Source: Actinomycetes bacterium (lineage in GTDB: Bacteria > Actinomycetota > Actinomycetes > Actinomycetales > Dermatophilaceae). Taken from it: 64,000 nt of DNA. Below the pieces are notes generated by a model. It did not search any database. It worked only from the letters and a program-made list of their open reading frames with translations, and was not told the DNA's origin. Of this stretch, positions 10,510 through 21,268 are shown piece by piece. Location of the stretch: positions 16,336 through 80,335 of the forward strand of contig JAKOPT010000090.1 of assembly GCA_029778715.1 (NCBI GenBank), in the 5' to 3' direction. The translations under genes and the position numbers were made by a program. Position 1 is the first letter of the stretch, and each line of letters starts with the position of its first letter.

Positions 10510-11568
10510 GGGGGTGAGCGGGCGCACCGCGGGCAACCGAATCCGCAACCGGGCACCGCCCAGCGGGCTGTCCTCGATGACGACGGTGCCCCCCTGCGCA
10601 TGGGCCAGGCCGCGCACGATGTAGAGCCCCAAGCCGGTGCTGCCCGGTGCCCGCCCCTGGAAGAACTTGCCGAAGAGCAGTTCGCGCCGATCGGGCGGCA
10701 CCCCGGGCCCGTCGTCGTCGATCCGGATGTCGACCGTGCCCTCGGGCCCGGGGACCGAGGCCAGTTCGATGCGTCCGCGGGCATGCCGCACCGCATTCTC
10801 GACGAGGTTGACGAGCATCTGTTCGAGGCGATCAGGGTCGGCCCACACCTCAGGGACCTGCACGTCCATCGTCAACGTGCCGTCGTGACCGGTCGCGGCG
10901 AACCGGCCGACGTGCCGCTCGAACAGGGGCGCGATGGGCACCGGGCGGCTGTGCACCTGCAAGCGGTGGGCGTCGATGCGGGACACGTCGAGCAACTCGG
11001 TGATGAGCCGGGTCACCCGGTCGGCGTCGGCCTCGATGGTCTCGATCATGAGCCGTTTCTGCTCGTCGGTGAACCGGTCCCACCGCCGCAGCAGGGTGGC
11101 GGAGAACCCCTTGACCCCGGTCAGCGGTGAGCGCAATTCGTGGGCGATGGTCGAGATGACCGCCGCTTGCCCGGCCTCGGCCCGGCGGCGGGTCTCACCA
11201 GAGCGCAGCCCGAGGAGGACCGCAACGACCGGCCCGAGGTGCGTCATCCGCAGGTAGCGGGCCGTGACGAGGACGTCGCACCCGTTGGGCAGCAGGAGCA
11301 GTTTCTCCCGGTGGCCGGTCCGGGTCTCCAAACCCCGCCAGGGGCTGGCCTGCGGCCACCAGGGCCGGCCGGCGAGATCGACGAACGGCAACGCCTCGGC
11401 CAGCGGCCGGCCGATGATCTCCGCCTCGGGGATCCCGACGAAGCGCAGGGCCGGCTTGTTGATCCGCGTCACCAGGCCCTCGGGTCCGACGGCCGTCACC
11501 AACCCGTCGGGCAGCAACTCGGAAATGGCATGGGCCATGTCCGGGTCGATGCGGGACAGGTCGGACAC
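10498..11568 (-). CDS. PAS-domain sensor histidine kinase (no adjacent response regulator)
   Basis: AHELRSPL H-box, NLVENA, DDGPG, GLGL; GTG 6 nt after TACGCT. Confidence 0.9.
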   Translation of the reverse strand: MSDLSRIDPDMAHAISELLPDGLVTAVGPEGLVTRINKPALRFVGIPEAEIIGRPLAEALPFVDLAGRPWWPQASPWRGLETRTGHREKLLLLPNGCDVLVTARYLRMTHLGPVVAVLLGLRSGETRRRAEAGQAAVISTIAHELRSPLTGVKGFSATLLRRWDRFTDEQKRLMIETIEADADRVTRLITELLDVSRIDAHRLQVHSRPVPIAPLFERHVGRFAATGHDGTLTMDVQVPEVWADPDRLEQMLVNLVENAVRHARGRIELASVPGPEGTVDIRIDDDGPGVPPDRRELLFGKFFQGRAPGSTGLGLYIVRGLAHAQGGTVVIEDSPLGGARLRIRLPAVRPLTPDSR

Positions 11569-11600
11569 AGCCACAGCGTAGCGAGCCGCTCCCGGACGCC

Positions 11601-12398
11601 TCAGGAAAAACGCACGACCCCCGCGGACGCATAAAGGCAGACGGTCGCGGCCATCGCGAGGTTGAGGGATTCGGCCTTGCCCCGGATCGGCACCCGCACG
11701 ACGTCGTCGCACCGCGCCCGGATGCCCTGCGGCAACCCCCACGCCTCGTTGCCCATGACCCAGCAGTGGGCGGTGGTGAGGTCGGCGTCGGGCAGGAGGG
11801 TGGTGCCGGCTCCGTCGGCCGCCAAGGTCCGTATGCCGTGCGCTGCCAGGGTGGTCAGCGTCGCCTCCACGTCGAGGCCGGTCACGATGGGGAGGTGAAA
11901 GAGCGAGCCCGCCGTCGACCGGACCACCTTGGGGGCGTGGATGTCGACGGAGGAGGAGGAGACGAGGACCGCGTCGGCACCGGCGGCGTCCGCCCCCCGG
12001 ATCACCGTGCCGGCGTTGCCCGGGTCCCGGACGTGGGTGAGGAACACCAACAGTGACGGCCTCGCGGTGAGCACCTCGACGAGCGACCCGTGGTGTGTCT
12101 CCACGACGGCGAGGACTCCCTGCGGGGCATCGGTGTCGGCCATCGCGGCGAGCACCTCGGGGGTTGCTTCGTGAAGCCACAGCCCGGCGGCGCGGGCCGG
12201 GTCGACGATGTCCGCGGCATACCGGGCGGCGGCCTCGGGGGTGAGATAGATGTCGACGACGCGATCGGCGGCATACCGGACCGCTTCGCGCACTCCTTGG
12301 GGGCCTTCGACGAGAAAGCGGCCGGTGCGTCGCCGCACCGGCCGCTGGGCGAGGCCACGCACGGACCGGACCCGATCGGAGTTCGGGTTGGTCAGCAC
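11601..12398 (-). CDS. TrmH/SpoU family RNA methyltransferase
   Basis: DPGNAGTVIR, GNEAWG, ESLNLA; usual position after rplT. Confidence 0.93.
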   Translation of the reverse strand: MLTNPNSDRVRSVRGLAQRPVRRRTGRFLVEGPQGVREAVRYAADRVVDIYLTPEAAARYAADIVDPARAAGLWLHEATPEVLAAMADTDAPQGVLAVVETHHGSLVEVLTARPSLLVFLTHVRDPGNAGTVIRGADAAGADAVLVSSSSVDIHAPKVVRSTAGSLFHLPIVTGLDVEATLTTLAAHGIRTLAADGAGTTLLPDADLTTAHCWVMGNEAWGLPQGIRARCDDVVRVPIRGKAESLNLAMAATVCLYASAGVVRFS

Positions 12399-12418
12399 GT
12401 CGGGCCCCGGATGACTCG

Positions 12419-12799
12419 TCAGGCCGTGGCGGCCTCGGCCGCCGCCGGGACGTGCGCCTTGGCGATCTCGACGAGCGCGGCGAACGCGGCCTCATCGTGG
12501 ACGGCGAGTTCGGCGAGCATGCGCCGGTCGACCTCCACCTCGGCGGCCTTGAGGCCCTGGATGAACCGGTTGTAGGTCATGCCGTTGGCGCGGGCCGCGG
12601 CGTTGATCCGCTGGATCCACAGCCGGCGGAAGTCGCCCTTCTTGGCCCGGCGGTCGCGGTAGGCGTAGCCGAGGCTGTGCTGAACCTGCTCCTTGGCCTT
12701 GCGGTAGAGCCGGCTGCGCTGGCCGCGGTAACCGCTGGCGCGCTCGAGGACAACCCGGCGCTTCTTCTGGGCGTTGACCGCCCGCTTCACGCGTGCCAC
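12419..12799 (-). CDS. rplT: 50S ribosomal protein L20
   Basis: [15 protein letters not shown]...[12 protein letters not shown]. Confidence 0.99.
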   Translation of the reverse strand: MARVKRAVNAQKKRRVVLERASGYRGQRSRLYRKAKEQVQHSLGYAYRDRRAKKGDFRRLWIQRINAAARANGMTYNRFIQGLKAAEVEVDRRMLAELAVHDEAAFAALVEIAKAHVPAAAEAATA

Positions 12800-12849
12800 G
12801 TGAGTACTCCTTGCTTGTGGTGCTTAGTCGACTGTGGTGGTGGCGCGGC

Positions 12850-13044
12850 TTAGAGGCCGAGCATCTTCTTGATCTTGGGCAGGTCGGCCTTGGCGACCTC
12901 GAGGTCCTTGCTCAGCGCCCGGGCCTTCTGCGGGGTCTTCTCGTGGAACTTGTGGACGTGGCCGGCCTGCTGGCGCATGACCTTGCCCGACCCGGTCACC
13001 CGGAAGCGCTTCTTGGCGCCGCTGTGGGTCTTGTTCTTCGGCAT
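12850..13044 (-). CDS. rpmI: 50S ribosomal protein L35
   Basis: MPKNKTHSGAKKRFRVTGSGK. Confidence 0.98.
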   Translation of the reverse strand: MPKNKTHSGAKKRFRVTGSGKVMRQQAGHVHKFHEKTPQKARALSKDLEVAKADLPKIKKMLGL

Positions 13045-13075
13045 GGGGTTTCTCTTTCGCTTGCGGTGTGATGCG

Positions 13076-14050
13076 TCAGGTGCGGGGGGCCGAGGGCTTC
13101 GGCCCGGGGCGGGCTCCGGGCCGAGGGCCCGGTCGCGGGCCGGGGGTCGGCGCGGCCGTGGGGGCCCGAGGCGTCGGCGGCTTCGGTGCCGGGATCTTGG
13201 CAGGCTTGGGCGTGGGCGCCGCGGCCTTGGTCGGTGTCGGTTTAGGTACTGGCGCCGGCTTCGGGGCCGGTGCGGGGCTGGCCGAGGGCCTGGGGGTGGG
13301 TGCCTTGGTGGCCGGAGCGCTCGGACGCGGGGGGCGCGGGGCCGGTGCGGCCGACGCCCGGGTGGGCGCGGCGGGGGCAGTGGCCGGCGCCGGGGCCGGC
13401 GCGGGGCTGGGCGTCTCCGGGGGCGCCGCCGGGATGGCCACTGGCGTCGGCTGCGCCGCCGTCGCCTCGGGCCGGGTGGTGCTCGCCGCCGTCGCGCCCT
13501 GGTCCTCACGACGTCGACGCTGTTCGGCGCGGGCCTCGGACTTCTTCTTTGTCGGCGCGATGACCATGATCATGTTGCGCCCGTCCTGCTTGGGGGCGGA
13601 CTCGACGACCCCGAGTTCGGCGACATCCTGAGCGAGGCGCTGGAGCAGCCGGAACCCGAGTTCGGGGCGCGACTGCTCCCGCCCGCGGAACATGATCGTC
13701 ACCTTGACCTTGTCCCCGCCGCGCAGGAAGCGCTCGACGTGGCCCTTCTTGGTGCCGTAGTCGTGGGGGTCGATCTTGGGCCGGAGTTTGATCTCCTTGA
13801 TGACCGTGTTGACCTGGTTCTTGCGCGCCTCCCGGGCTTTCATGGCGGCTTCGTACTTGTACTTGCCGAAGTCCATGAGCTTGGCCACGGGGGGTTTGGC
13901 CATCGGAGCCACCTCGACCAGGTCGAGATCGGCTTCGGCAGCCAGTTGCAACGCCACGTCGATCCGGACGATGCCGACCTGTTCTCCGTTGGGGCCGACC
14001 AACCGCACCTCGGGCACCCGGATGCGGTCGTTGATGCGAGGGTCGCTGAT
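13076..14050 (-). CDS. infC: Translation initiation factor IF-3 with Pro/Ala-rich C-terminal tail; non-canonical ATC start
   Basis: [28 protein letters not shown]; AAGGAG lies 6 nt upstream of ATC. Confidence 0.96.
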   Translation of the reverse strand: MSDPRINDRIRVPEVRLVGPNGEQVGIVRIDVALQLAAEADLDLVEVAPMAKPPVAKLMDFGKYKYEAAMKAREARKNQVNTVIKEIKLRPKIDPHDYGTKKGHVERFLRGGDKVKVTIMFRGREQSRPELGFRLLQRLAQDVAELGVVESAPKQDGRNMIMVIAPTKKKSEARAEQRRRREDQGATAASTTRPEATAAQPTPVAIPAAPPETPSPAPAPAPATAPAAPTRASAAPAPRPPRPSAPATKAPTPRPSASPAPAPKPAPVPKPTPTKAAAPTPKPAKIPAPKPPTPRAPTAAPTPGPRPGPRPGARPGPKPSAPRT

Positions 14051-14322
14051 GTGAATCTCCTTCGTGCGCCATCGACGACCCGCGACACGAGAAAGGCTCC
14101 TCGGGCCGAATGCGCGAGGAGCCTGTCGAAGCGACACCGGGCAGCACAAACCCTGGCGCATTGAGCGCCCGGCCATGCGGCCCGACCCTTGGATGACCCG
14201 GCGACCGTCACAGTCGACGCGGGTGGAAGCGGACTTCTCTTGCACGCCGCGAGCCAGGCCCACGGCAGGTCGAACGCTCAGATTACCAGAGCGCCCGGCA
14301 TACCCCCAAGACGCGCACCTCC

Positions 14323-14403
14323 CCCGTCACACCTTTCCCGCCTGAACCGCCCAACGTCCACTTCGCACCCCAACAGTCCGCGTGCGAAGTGCCCCTTTCC
14401 CAC
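14323..14403. repeat. 81-bp dispersed repeat, copy A
   Basis: Aligns with 35857-35937 (CCCGTCAC.CCTTTCCCGCCTGAACCG..GTCCACTTCGCACCCC...CCTTTCCCAC). Confidence 0.85.
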
Positions 14404-14435
14404 GGGAAGCCGACCCGACCCGCCCAGTTCCCAGC

Positions 14436-15188
14436 TCACCGCAACCGGAACGACAGCCCGTCGATGCGGGCCCGCAACTCGCCGTCGGTGGCCAGCCGCT
14501 CCCCCACCCGGGTCGCGAGCGCCTCGACCTCCCCGGCTCCAAGGCCTGGCCGCAGGGTGAGTTCGACGACGAGCACCCCTCCGGGGGCATCCGCCAGCCC
14601 GTATGCCGTGACGTCCCCTTCGGGGCGCACCGCGGTAGCCACGCTGCGATCCACGAACGGGTCGGTCGCCGGGGGCTGCCACGCTCGGCCTTGGGCCAGG
14701 GCCCACACCATGCTCGGCCGCAACACCTTGGCCGCCCCGGCCACGTCGATGACGATGACGTCGCAGCGCTCGGTGATGGCCGCCTGCGCCATCCGGTCGG
14801 CCGTGACCGGACTCGGACGCGCCGCCGGGTCCCACGCCGCGAGCGCCTCCAACCCGGTGAACACCGGGAGCGCCCGCTGCCCGTCCGGCGCGACGAGCGT
14901 GACCGTCGCCATGTCGACGTGGTTGTCCACGGGCAACGCCCCGCTGTCGTCCACGACGACCGGCTCGGGCACGATCGGCACGAGGAACCGCCCGGCCGCC
15001 ACCGCCCTCATCACACTCGTGTCGTCGCCGGCCAGCGCCGCGACCAAGGCCGGATCGGCGCCTCCGGAGTCGGTTTCGAAACCGCTCGGGGACAGGACCC
15101 GCCCGCCCCAGGTCTCGCCGGCCGAATCGGTGGCCTCGTGCCCCGGGACGTGGTGCGGGTGATGGGCATGCTCGCGCGGATTGGCCAT
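14436..15188 (-). CDS. SseB family protein
   Basis: DGQRALPVFT..LAAWDP.ARP motif; usual position upstream of infC. Confidence 0.82.
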   Translation of the reverse strand: MANPREHAHHPHHVPGHEATDSAGETWGGRVLSPSGFETDSGGADPALVAALAGDDTSVMRAVAAGRFLVPIVPEPVVVDDSGALPVDNHVDMATVTLVAPDGQRALPVFTGLEALAAWDPAARPSPVTADRMAQAAITERCDVIVIDVAGAAKVLRPSMVWALAQGRAWQPPATDPFVDRSVATAVRPEGDVTAYGLADAPGGVLVVELTLRPGLGAGEVEALATRVGERLATDGELRARIDGLSFRLR

Positions 15189-15195
15189 GGCGAGC

Positions 15196-15927
15196 TCAGC
15201 CGCCCGCGACCACGAGCGCGTCGGGGAGGGTGAACGCGCCCTTGTAGAGCGCCGAGCCGACGATCGCCCCCTCGACACCGAGCGGGACGAGGGTGCGCAG
15301 CACCTCCAGGTCGGCGAGGGTCGACACGCCGCCGGAGGCGATGACGGGGCGGTCGGTGCGGGCGCAGACCGCGCGGAGCAACTCGACGTTGGGACCGGCC
15401 AACATGCCGTCCTTGTGGACATCGGTGACGACATAGCGCGCGCAGCCTTCGGCATCGAGGCGCGCGAGTGTCTCCCACAGATCGCCACCGTCGCGGGTCC
15501 AGCCGCGCGCCGCCAGCGTCGTGCCGCGCACATCCAAGCCGACGGCGATCCGGTCCCCGTGCTCGGCAATGGCGCGGGCCGTCCACTCGGGGTCCTCCAA
15601 GGCCGCGGTGCCAACGTTGACGCGCCGGCACCCGGTCGCCAACGCGGCGGCCAGCGATGCATCGTCGCGGATGCCGCCACTCATTTCGACATCGATGTCG
15701 AGGGCCCCGACGATCCGGGCGAGCAGGTCGGCGTTGCTGCCGGTGCCGAAGGCCCGGTCCAGGTCGACGAGGTGAATCCACGCCGCCCCCTGCTCCTGCC
15801 AGGCCAGGGCCGCGTCGACCGGATCACCGAACACCCACCCGCTGCCAGCCACCCCCTGTTGCAACTGGACCGCACGGCCGTCCCGGACATCGACGGCGGG
15901 CAACAGGGTCAGGGCGGGGGATTCCAT
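15196..15927 (-). CDS. priA: Bifunctional HisA/TrpF isomerase
   Basis: LLPAVDV, HLVDLD, SGGIRD, GTAALE, RGWT. Confidence 0.95.
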   Translation of the reverse strand: MESPALTLLPAVDVRDGRAVQLQQGVAGSGWVFGDPVDAALAWQEQGAAWIHLVDLDRAFGTGSNADLLARIVGALDIDVEMSGGIRDDASLAAALATGCRRVNVGTAALEDPEWTARAIAEHGDRIAVGLDVRGTTLAARGWTRDGGDLWETLARLDAEGCARYVVTDVHKDGMLAGPNVELLRAVCARTDRPVIASGGVSTLADLEVLRTLVPLGVEGAIVGSALYKGAFTLPDALVVAGG

Positions 15928-15987
15928 GGGGCAACTCCTTGGGAGGGGGTCAACGATCGACGACGACGCAATGGCTATGGCTCGGGC

Positions 15988-16629
15988 CTAGAGGCTGCGC
16001 ACCCAGTTGGCAAGCAGGTGCAGCCCGGCCTCCCCGGACTTCTCGGGGTGGAATTGGGTTGCGGTGAGCGGGCCGTTTTCGACGGCGGCGACGAAACGCT
16101 CGCCATGCTCGGCCCAGGTGACGATCGGCGCCACCGCAGCGAAGGTGGGACCGGACGGCGTCAGCGTCCAGGTGTGGGCGGCATACGAATGGACGAAATA
16201 GAACCGCTCACCCTCGATCCCGGCGAACAGCCGTGACCCACGCCCCACCTCGACCGGCGACCACCCCATATGCGGCACCACGGGCGCCCGCAACCGGTCC
16301 ACGGTGCCCGGCCACTCGGCAAGTCCGGGCTCGAGACGATCACTCGGCTCGCTCGACCCCTCGAAAAGCACCTGCATGCCCACACACACCCCGAGCACCG
16401 GTCGCCCCCCCGCCAGCCGCCGACCGATGAGCAACGGGCCGCGAGCCGCCCGCAAACTCGCCGCACACGCGTGAAAGTTGCCCACCCCAGGCACGAACAG
16501 CCCATCGGCGCGCAGCGCCGCCTCGGGATCGGCGGTCAACTCGACATCGGCACCGACGTGGGCGAGCGCCCGCACCGCCGACCGCACATTGCCGCTGCCG
16601 TAGTCGAGGACCACCACCCGCGCGCTCAC
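15988..16629 (-). CDS. hisH: Imidazole glycerol phosphate synthase subunit HisH
   Basis: DYGSGN, GVCVGMQ, YFVHSY, QFHPEKS. Confidence 0.97.
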   Translation of the reverse strand: MSARVVVLDYGSGNVRSAVRALAHVGADVELTADPEAALRADGLFVPGVGNFHACAASLRAARGPLLIGRRLAGGRPVLGVCVGMQVLFEGSSEPSDRLEPGLAEWPGTVDRLRAPVVPHMGWSPVEVGRGSRLFAGIEGERFYFVHSYAAHTWTLTPSGPTFAAVAPIVTWAEHGERFVAAVENGPLTATQFHPEKSGEAGLHLLANWVRSL

Positions 16630-17258
16630 GACTGCTCCTCCATGTCTTCACCCGCAGCCAGCGCATCAAAGACCCGGACCGCCTGCGCCGACGGCTCGAC
16701 CGTCGCGGCGCCAGCGAGCGGACCGTGACGCAACAAATCCTCGCCGGGCAACCCGAGGAGCCGCAGCAGCCCCACGAGACGCTCCAGCGGTATGCCGTCG
16801 ACCTCGCGGAAGTGCGCGCCCACATCCGCGGCACTCACCCCCCGGCGGGCCGCTCCGGACACCTGGACGATGAGGGCCGCCGGCAACACGCGCAGGTCGG
16901 GCATGCGGCGCACCCCCACCCCGGGCTCCCAGATCAGCCAGCGCTGATCGGCCCGCCACCCGCGCGGCTGGACCGTGACGACGGCCCGCCCGTCGAGGAC
17001 GAACAGACCGATGGACGGTCGGCTCCCCCGCGGGGTCGGCCGCGCCGCCAAGACCTCCAGCCCGACATCGTAGGGCGCCTGGCTGCGGGCGCGTTCCTCG
17101 GTGAGAACCACGCCGGTCCACCCGGGCAACGGCACAACAGCCGCCGCGACCAGCCCACGACGCAGCCACCGCGCCGACGCCTGGGCCTGGCCCCGCACGA
17201 GCACGAGGCCGTGACCGGGATCGGGTGCGGGAGGGCGAGGGCGCCGCGGGGTGGCCAT
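16626..17258 (-). CDS. Hypothetical protein inside the his operon
   Basis: 210-aa ORF fills the hisB-hisH gap; GTGA overlap with hisH. Confidence 0.72.
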   Translation of the reverse strand: MATPRRPRPPAPDPGHGLVLVRGQAQASARWLRRGLVAAAVVPLPGWTGVVLTEERARSQAPYDVGLEVLAARPTPRGSRPSIGLFVLDGRAVVTVQPRGWRADQRWLIWEPGVGVRRMPDLRVLPAALIVQVSGAARRGVSAADVGAHFREVDGIPLERLVGLLRLLGLPGEDLLRHGPLAGAATVEPSAQAVRVFDALAAGEDMEEQS

Positions 17259-17269
17259 GGGCGGGCGCC

Positions 17270-17881
17270 TTAGAGGGAACCCTTGGCGCTGGGTATGCCG
17301 TCGACCCGCGGGTCGCGGGCCACGGCGGCCCGCAGCGCCCGGGCGACGGCCTTGAACTGGGCCTCGACGATGTGGTGGGGGTCGCGGCCGGCGAGGACCC
17401 GCACGTGCAGCGCGATTCCGGCGTTGCCGGCGAACGACTCCCAGACGTGGCGGGTCAGGGACCCGACGTAGGTGCCGCCGATGAGGACGTATTCCTGGCC
17501 GGCCGGTTCGCCGGTGTGGACGACGTAGGGCCGGCCGGCGACATCGACGACCGCCTGGGCGAGGGCCTCGTCCAAGGGCACCGTCGCATCACCGAAGCGG
17601 GCGATGCCCGCCTTGTCGCCGAGCGCCTCGCGCAGCGCCTGGCCGAGCACGATGGCGACGTCCTCGACGGTGTGGTGGGCGTCGACGTCGACGTCCCCGC
17701 TCGCCCGCACGGTGAGGTCGATGAGCGCGTGCTTGGCCAGCGACAGCAGCATGTGGTCGTAGAAACGGACCCCGGTCTCGACCTCGCCGCGACCGGTGCC
17801 GTCGAGGTCGATGCTCACCTCGACGGTGCTTTCGGAGGTGGCCCGCCGGACAGTGGCCCTGCGCGGTGACATCTCGGTCAC
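17270..17881 (-). CDS. hisB: Imidazoleglycerol-phosphate dehydratase
   Basis: [26 protein letters not shown]. Confidence 0.97.
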   Translation of the reverse strand: MTEMSPRRATVRRATSESTVEVSIDLDGTGRGEVETGVRFYDHMLLSLAKHALIDLTVRASGDVDVDAHHTVEDVAIVLGQALREALGDKAGIARFGDATVPLDEALAQAVVDVAGRPYVVHTGEPAGQEYVLIGGTYVGSLTRHVWESFAGNAGIALHVRVLAGRDPHHIVEAQFKAVARALRAAVARDPRVDGIPSAKGSL

Positions 17882-18999
17882 GGTGCCTCCAAGCGGTGAG
17901 TCGGGGCCAGCGGGGCCAGCGCGTCGAGGAAAGCGGTCGTCTCCTGCGGCGTTCCGGCTGTGACACGAAGATAGTGGGGTACCCCGACATCGCGGACGAG
18001 CACCCCGGCGTCGAGGAGGGCGCGCCAGGTCGCGGCGGCGTCGGTGAGGTGCCCGAAGAGGACGAAGTTCGCGTCGCTGGGCACGGGGGTCAGCCCCATC
18101 GACGGCAGGGCCGCGACGATCCGGTCGCGCTCGGCTTTGATCGCCTCGACGGTGTCGAGCATGAGGTCGGTGTGGGCCAGAGCGGCCAGGGCCACCGCCT
18201 GGGTTTGGCTGCTCAGGTGATAGGGCATCCGCACCAGACGCAGCGCGTCGACGAGGTCGGGGTCGGCGGCGAGGTAGCCCAGCCGGGCACCGGCGAGGGC
18301 GAACGCCTTGCTCATCGTCCGGGTGACGACGAGTCGGGGCCGGCCCGCGAGCAGGGTGAGGGCCGAGGGCGTGCCGACCCGGGCGAACTCGGCATAGGCC
18401 TCGTCGACGACGACGAGCGCGTGCGGCGCCGCGGCGTAGACGGCCTCGACGACGTCGAGACCGAGCGCGGTCCCCGTGGGGTTGTTCGGCGAACACAAGA
18501 AGACGATGTCGGGTCGATGGGTGGTCACCTGCTGGGCTGCCGAGGCCGCGGTGAGGTCGAACCGGCCCTCGGCGCCCAGGCCCCGCATCCCGTCGACCCA
18601 GGTCGTGCCCGTCGTCGTCGTGATGATGGGGTGCATCGAGTAGGCCGGGGTGAAACCGAGGGCGGTGCGCCCGGGCCCACCGAAGGCCTGGAGCAGGTGG
18701 AGAAGGACCTCGTTGGAACCGTTGGCGGCCCACACCGCCTCGCTCCCGACCGCGGTCCCGGAGCGGGAGAGGTATGCCGCGAGCGCACTGCGCAGGGCCG
18801 TGAACTCCCGGTCGGGGTACCGGTTCAACCCGCCCGCGATGGCGGCCACCGCGTCGGTGATGGCGGCGACGACGACGGGCGGGACGGCATACGAGTTCTC
18901 GTTGGTGTTGAGGGCGACCGGCACGTCGAGTTGGGGGGCGCCGTAGGCGGACCGGCCGCGCAGGTCGGGGCGGAGCAGGGCCTCGATGTCGGAGCGCAT
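17878..18999 (-). CDS. hisC: Histidinol-phosphate aminotransferase
   Basis: LNTNEN, NRYPD, NGSNE, SPNNPTG, DEAY, RTMSKAF. Confidence 0.97.
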   Translation of the reverse strand: MRSDIEALLRPDLRGRSAYGAPQLDVPVALNTNENSYAVPPVVVAAITDAVAAIAGGLNRYPDREFTALRSALAAYLSRSGTAVGSEAVWAANGSNEVLLHLLQAFGGPGRTALGFTPAYSMHPIITTTTGTTWVDGMRGLGAEGRFDLTAASAAQQVTTHRPDIVFLCSPNNPTGTALGLDVVEAVYAAAPHALVVVDEAYAEFARVGTPSALTLLAGRPRLVVTRTMSKAFALAGARLGYLAADPDLVDALRLVRMPYHLSSQTQAVALAALAHTDLMLDTVEAIKAERDRIVAALPSMGLTPVPSDANFVLFGHLTDAAATWRALLDAGVLVRDVGVPHYLRVTAGTPQETTAFLDALAPLAPTHRLEAP

Positions 19000-19003
19000 G
19001 GGT

Positions 19004-20353
19004 CTACTCGCCCTCGGGCAGCCGGGCGAGGATGGCCTCCCCATGAGCGGGCAGGTCCTCGGCGCGGGCGAGGGTGACGACATGGTGGCTGACCTCGCGC
19101 AGCGCGCCCGCGGAGTAGTCGATGACCTGGACGCCGCGCAGGAAGGACTGCACCGACAACCCGCTCGCGTGGACGGCGCTCCCGCCCGTGGGCAGGACGT
19201 GGTTGGACCCGGCGGCGTAGTCGCCGAGGCTCACCGGGGCGTAGGGACCGACGAAGACGGCCCCAGCGTTGCGGATGCCGGCCGCGACCGCAGCGGCGTC
19301 GGCGGTCTGGATCTCGAGGTGCTCGGCGGCATACGCGTTGACGACGGCGACGCCGGTGGCCACGTCGTCGACGAGGACGGCGCCCGATTGCGGGCCGGTG
19401 AGCGCGGTGGTGACCCGCTCGTGGTGTTTGGTGGCGGCGACCCGGGTGGCGAGTTCGGCCTCGACCCGGTCGAGGAGGCCGGGGGCGTCGGTGACGAGCA
19501 CGCTGGCGGCCAACGGGTCGTGTTCGGCCTGGCTGATGAGGTCGGCGGCAACGTGCGCGGCGTCGGCGGTGTCGTCGGCGAGGATGGCGATCTCGGTGGG
19601 GCCGGCCTCGGCGTCGATCCCGACCAAGCCCTGGACGAGGCGTTTGGCGGCGGCGACGTAGATGTTGCCCGGCCCGGTGACCAGGGCGACGGGGGCGCAT
19701 TCGTAGGCGGGGTAGCCACCGGCCGCCGGCCCGCTCGCCTCCTCGGCGAACCCGTAGGCAAAGGCGGCCACGGCCTGGGCCCCGCCCATGGCGTAGACCT
19801 CGTCGACGCCGAGGAGGGCGCAGGCGGCGAGGATTGTCGGGTGCGGCCAGCCGCCGTGGTCGGCCTGCGGGGGGCTGGCGACGGCCAGGCTCCCGACCTG
19901 CGCCAGTTGGGCGGGCACGACATTCATGACGACGCTGCTCGGATAGACGGCCAGGCCGCCGGGGACGTAGAGGCCGACCCGCTCGACGGGTACCCACCGC
20001 TGGGTGACCGTGCCGCCGTCGACCACGCGGGTGGTGGTCTCGGTGCGCCGCTGATCGGCGTGGACGATCCGGGCGCGCTCGATGGCGACCTCGAGCGCGG
20101 CCCGCACGTCGGGGTCGAGGCCGGCGAGCGCAGCCGTGATGACGTCGGCGGGCACCCGGACCCGGGCGGGCCGCACCCGGTCGAAGCGCTCGGCGGCGTC
20201 GTAGAGCGCGCTCGCCCCCCGAGCGGCGACGTCGTCGACGATGGGCCGGACCGTCGCCAGGGCCGCGTCGACGTCGAACTCGGCGCGGGGCAGGGAGCGG
20301 CGCAACTCACGCACGCTCAGCATGCGGCCGCGAAGGTCGAGGACGGAGAGCAT
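19004..20353 (-). CDS. hisD: Histidinol dehydrogenase
   Basis: [37 protein letters not shown]. Confidence 0.98.
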   Translation of the reverse strand: MLSVLDLRGRMLSVRELRRSLPRAEFDVDAALATVRPIVDDVAARGASALYDAAERFDRVRPARVRVPADVITAALAGLDPDVRAALEVAIERARIVHADQRRTETTTRVVDGGTVTQRWVPVERVGLYVPGGLAVYPSSVVMNVVPAQLAQVGSLAVASPPQADHGGWPHPTILAACALLGVDEVYAMGGAQAVAAFAYGFAEEASGPAAGGYPAYECAPVALVTGPGNIYVAAAKRLVQGLVGIDAEAGPTEIAILADDTADAAHVAADLISQAEHDPLAASVLVTDAPGLLDRVEAELATRVAATKHHERVTTALTGPQSGAVLVDDVATGVAVVNAYAAEHLEIQTADAAAVAAGIRNAGAVFVGPYAPVSLGDYAAGSNHVLPTGGSAVHASGLSVQSFLRGVQVIDYSAGALREVSHHVVTLARAEDLPAHGEAILARLPEGE

Positions 20354-20436
20354 GCCCGTCAGTCTAGGTTTCGGTGCCGACGCCCCGGTATGCCGTCTCG
20401 CCCGCCATCGCGGGCGGGCGCGGCATACTGCCACTC

Positions 20437-21243
20437 ATGCCGCGCCCGTTGCTGCCCGCCCCCTTCGACCTGCGGGGGCGGGTCGCCGTCGTCTCCGGTG
20501 CCGGATCGCCGACCGGGATCGGGTTCGCGACCGCGCGACTGCTCGGCGAGTTGGGCGCCGGCCTGGTGGTCACGGCCACCACCGACCGCATCCACGACCG
20601 GGTCCGGGACCTCGCCGCCGCCGGGATCACCGCCCACGGCATCGTCGCCGACCTCACCGAGCCCGATGACGCCGCCGCCACGATCGCCCTGGCCGGTGAC
20701 CGATTCGGGCGCCTCGACATCCTCATCAACAACGCGGGGATGGTCAGCGCCAGCACCCCCGACACCTTCGGCGGCACCCTCGAGGCCACCGACCCGGCCA
20801 CCTGGCGACGGTCCCTGGCCCGCAACCTCGACACCGCCTACCTGCTCACCCGGGCCGCGCTCCCACTGCTGCGCGTGAGCGACCACGGCCGAGTCGTCAT
20901 GGTGGCCTCGGTGACCGGCCCGGTCATGGCGATGCGCGCCGAAGTGGCGTATGCCGCGGCCAAGGCGGCACTCGTCGGTCTCGCCCGGGCGCTGGCCGTC
21001 GACGAGGCCGCCACGGGCCTGACCGTCAACGTCGTCGCACCCGGCTGGATCGCGACCGGTTCGCAGACCGCGAGTGAAGCAGCCGAGGCAACGAGCACGC
21101 CCGTGGGGCGGTCGGGCTCCCCGGCGGAGGTCGCGGCAGCGGTCGCGTTCCTCGCCAGCCCGGGCGCGGCATACATCACGGGGCAGGTGCTCGTCGTCGA
21201 CGGCGGCAACAGCATCGCCGAGGAGCGCGGCGGGCGGTCGTGA
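20437..21243 (+). CDS. SDR family (FabG-like) oxidoreductase
   Basis: SGAGSPTGIG, NNAG, YAAAK, ITGQVLVVDGG. Confidence 0.92.
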   Translation: MPRPLLPAPFDLRGRVAVVSGAGSPTGIGFATARLLGELGAGLVVTATTDRIHDRVRDLAAAGITAHGIVADLTEPDDAAATIALAGDRFGRLDILINNAGMVSASTPDTFGGTLEATDPATWRRSLARNLDTAYLLTRAALPLLRVSDHGRVVMVASVTGPVMAMRAEVAYAAAKAALVGLARALAVDEAATGLTVNVVAPGWIATGSQTASEAAEATSTPVGRSGSPAEVAAAVAFLASPGAAYITGQVLVVDGGNSIAEERGGRS

Positions 21244-21268
21244 GCCGGGGTCGCTGACGGCCGGTGCG

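Noticed and set aside
10498-12495. 665-aa kinase ORF from the track
   Set aside because: The upstream part overlaps the TrmH gene out of frame; the real start is near 11568
20388-20400. True Neisseria DUS (ATGCCGTCTGAA)
   Set aside because: Only the ATGCCG core is consistently shared, bases beyond the 8-mer vary, and I saw no full DUS
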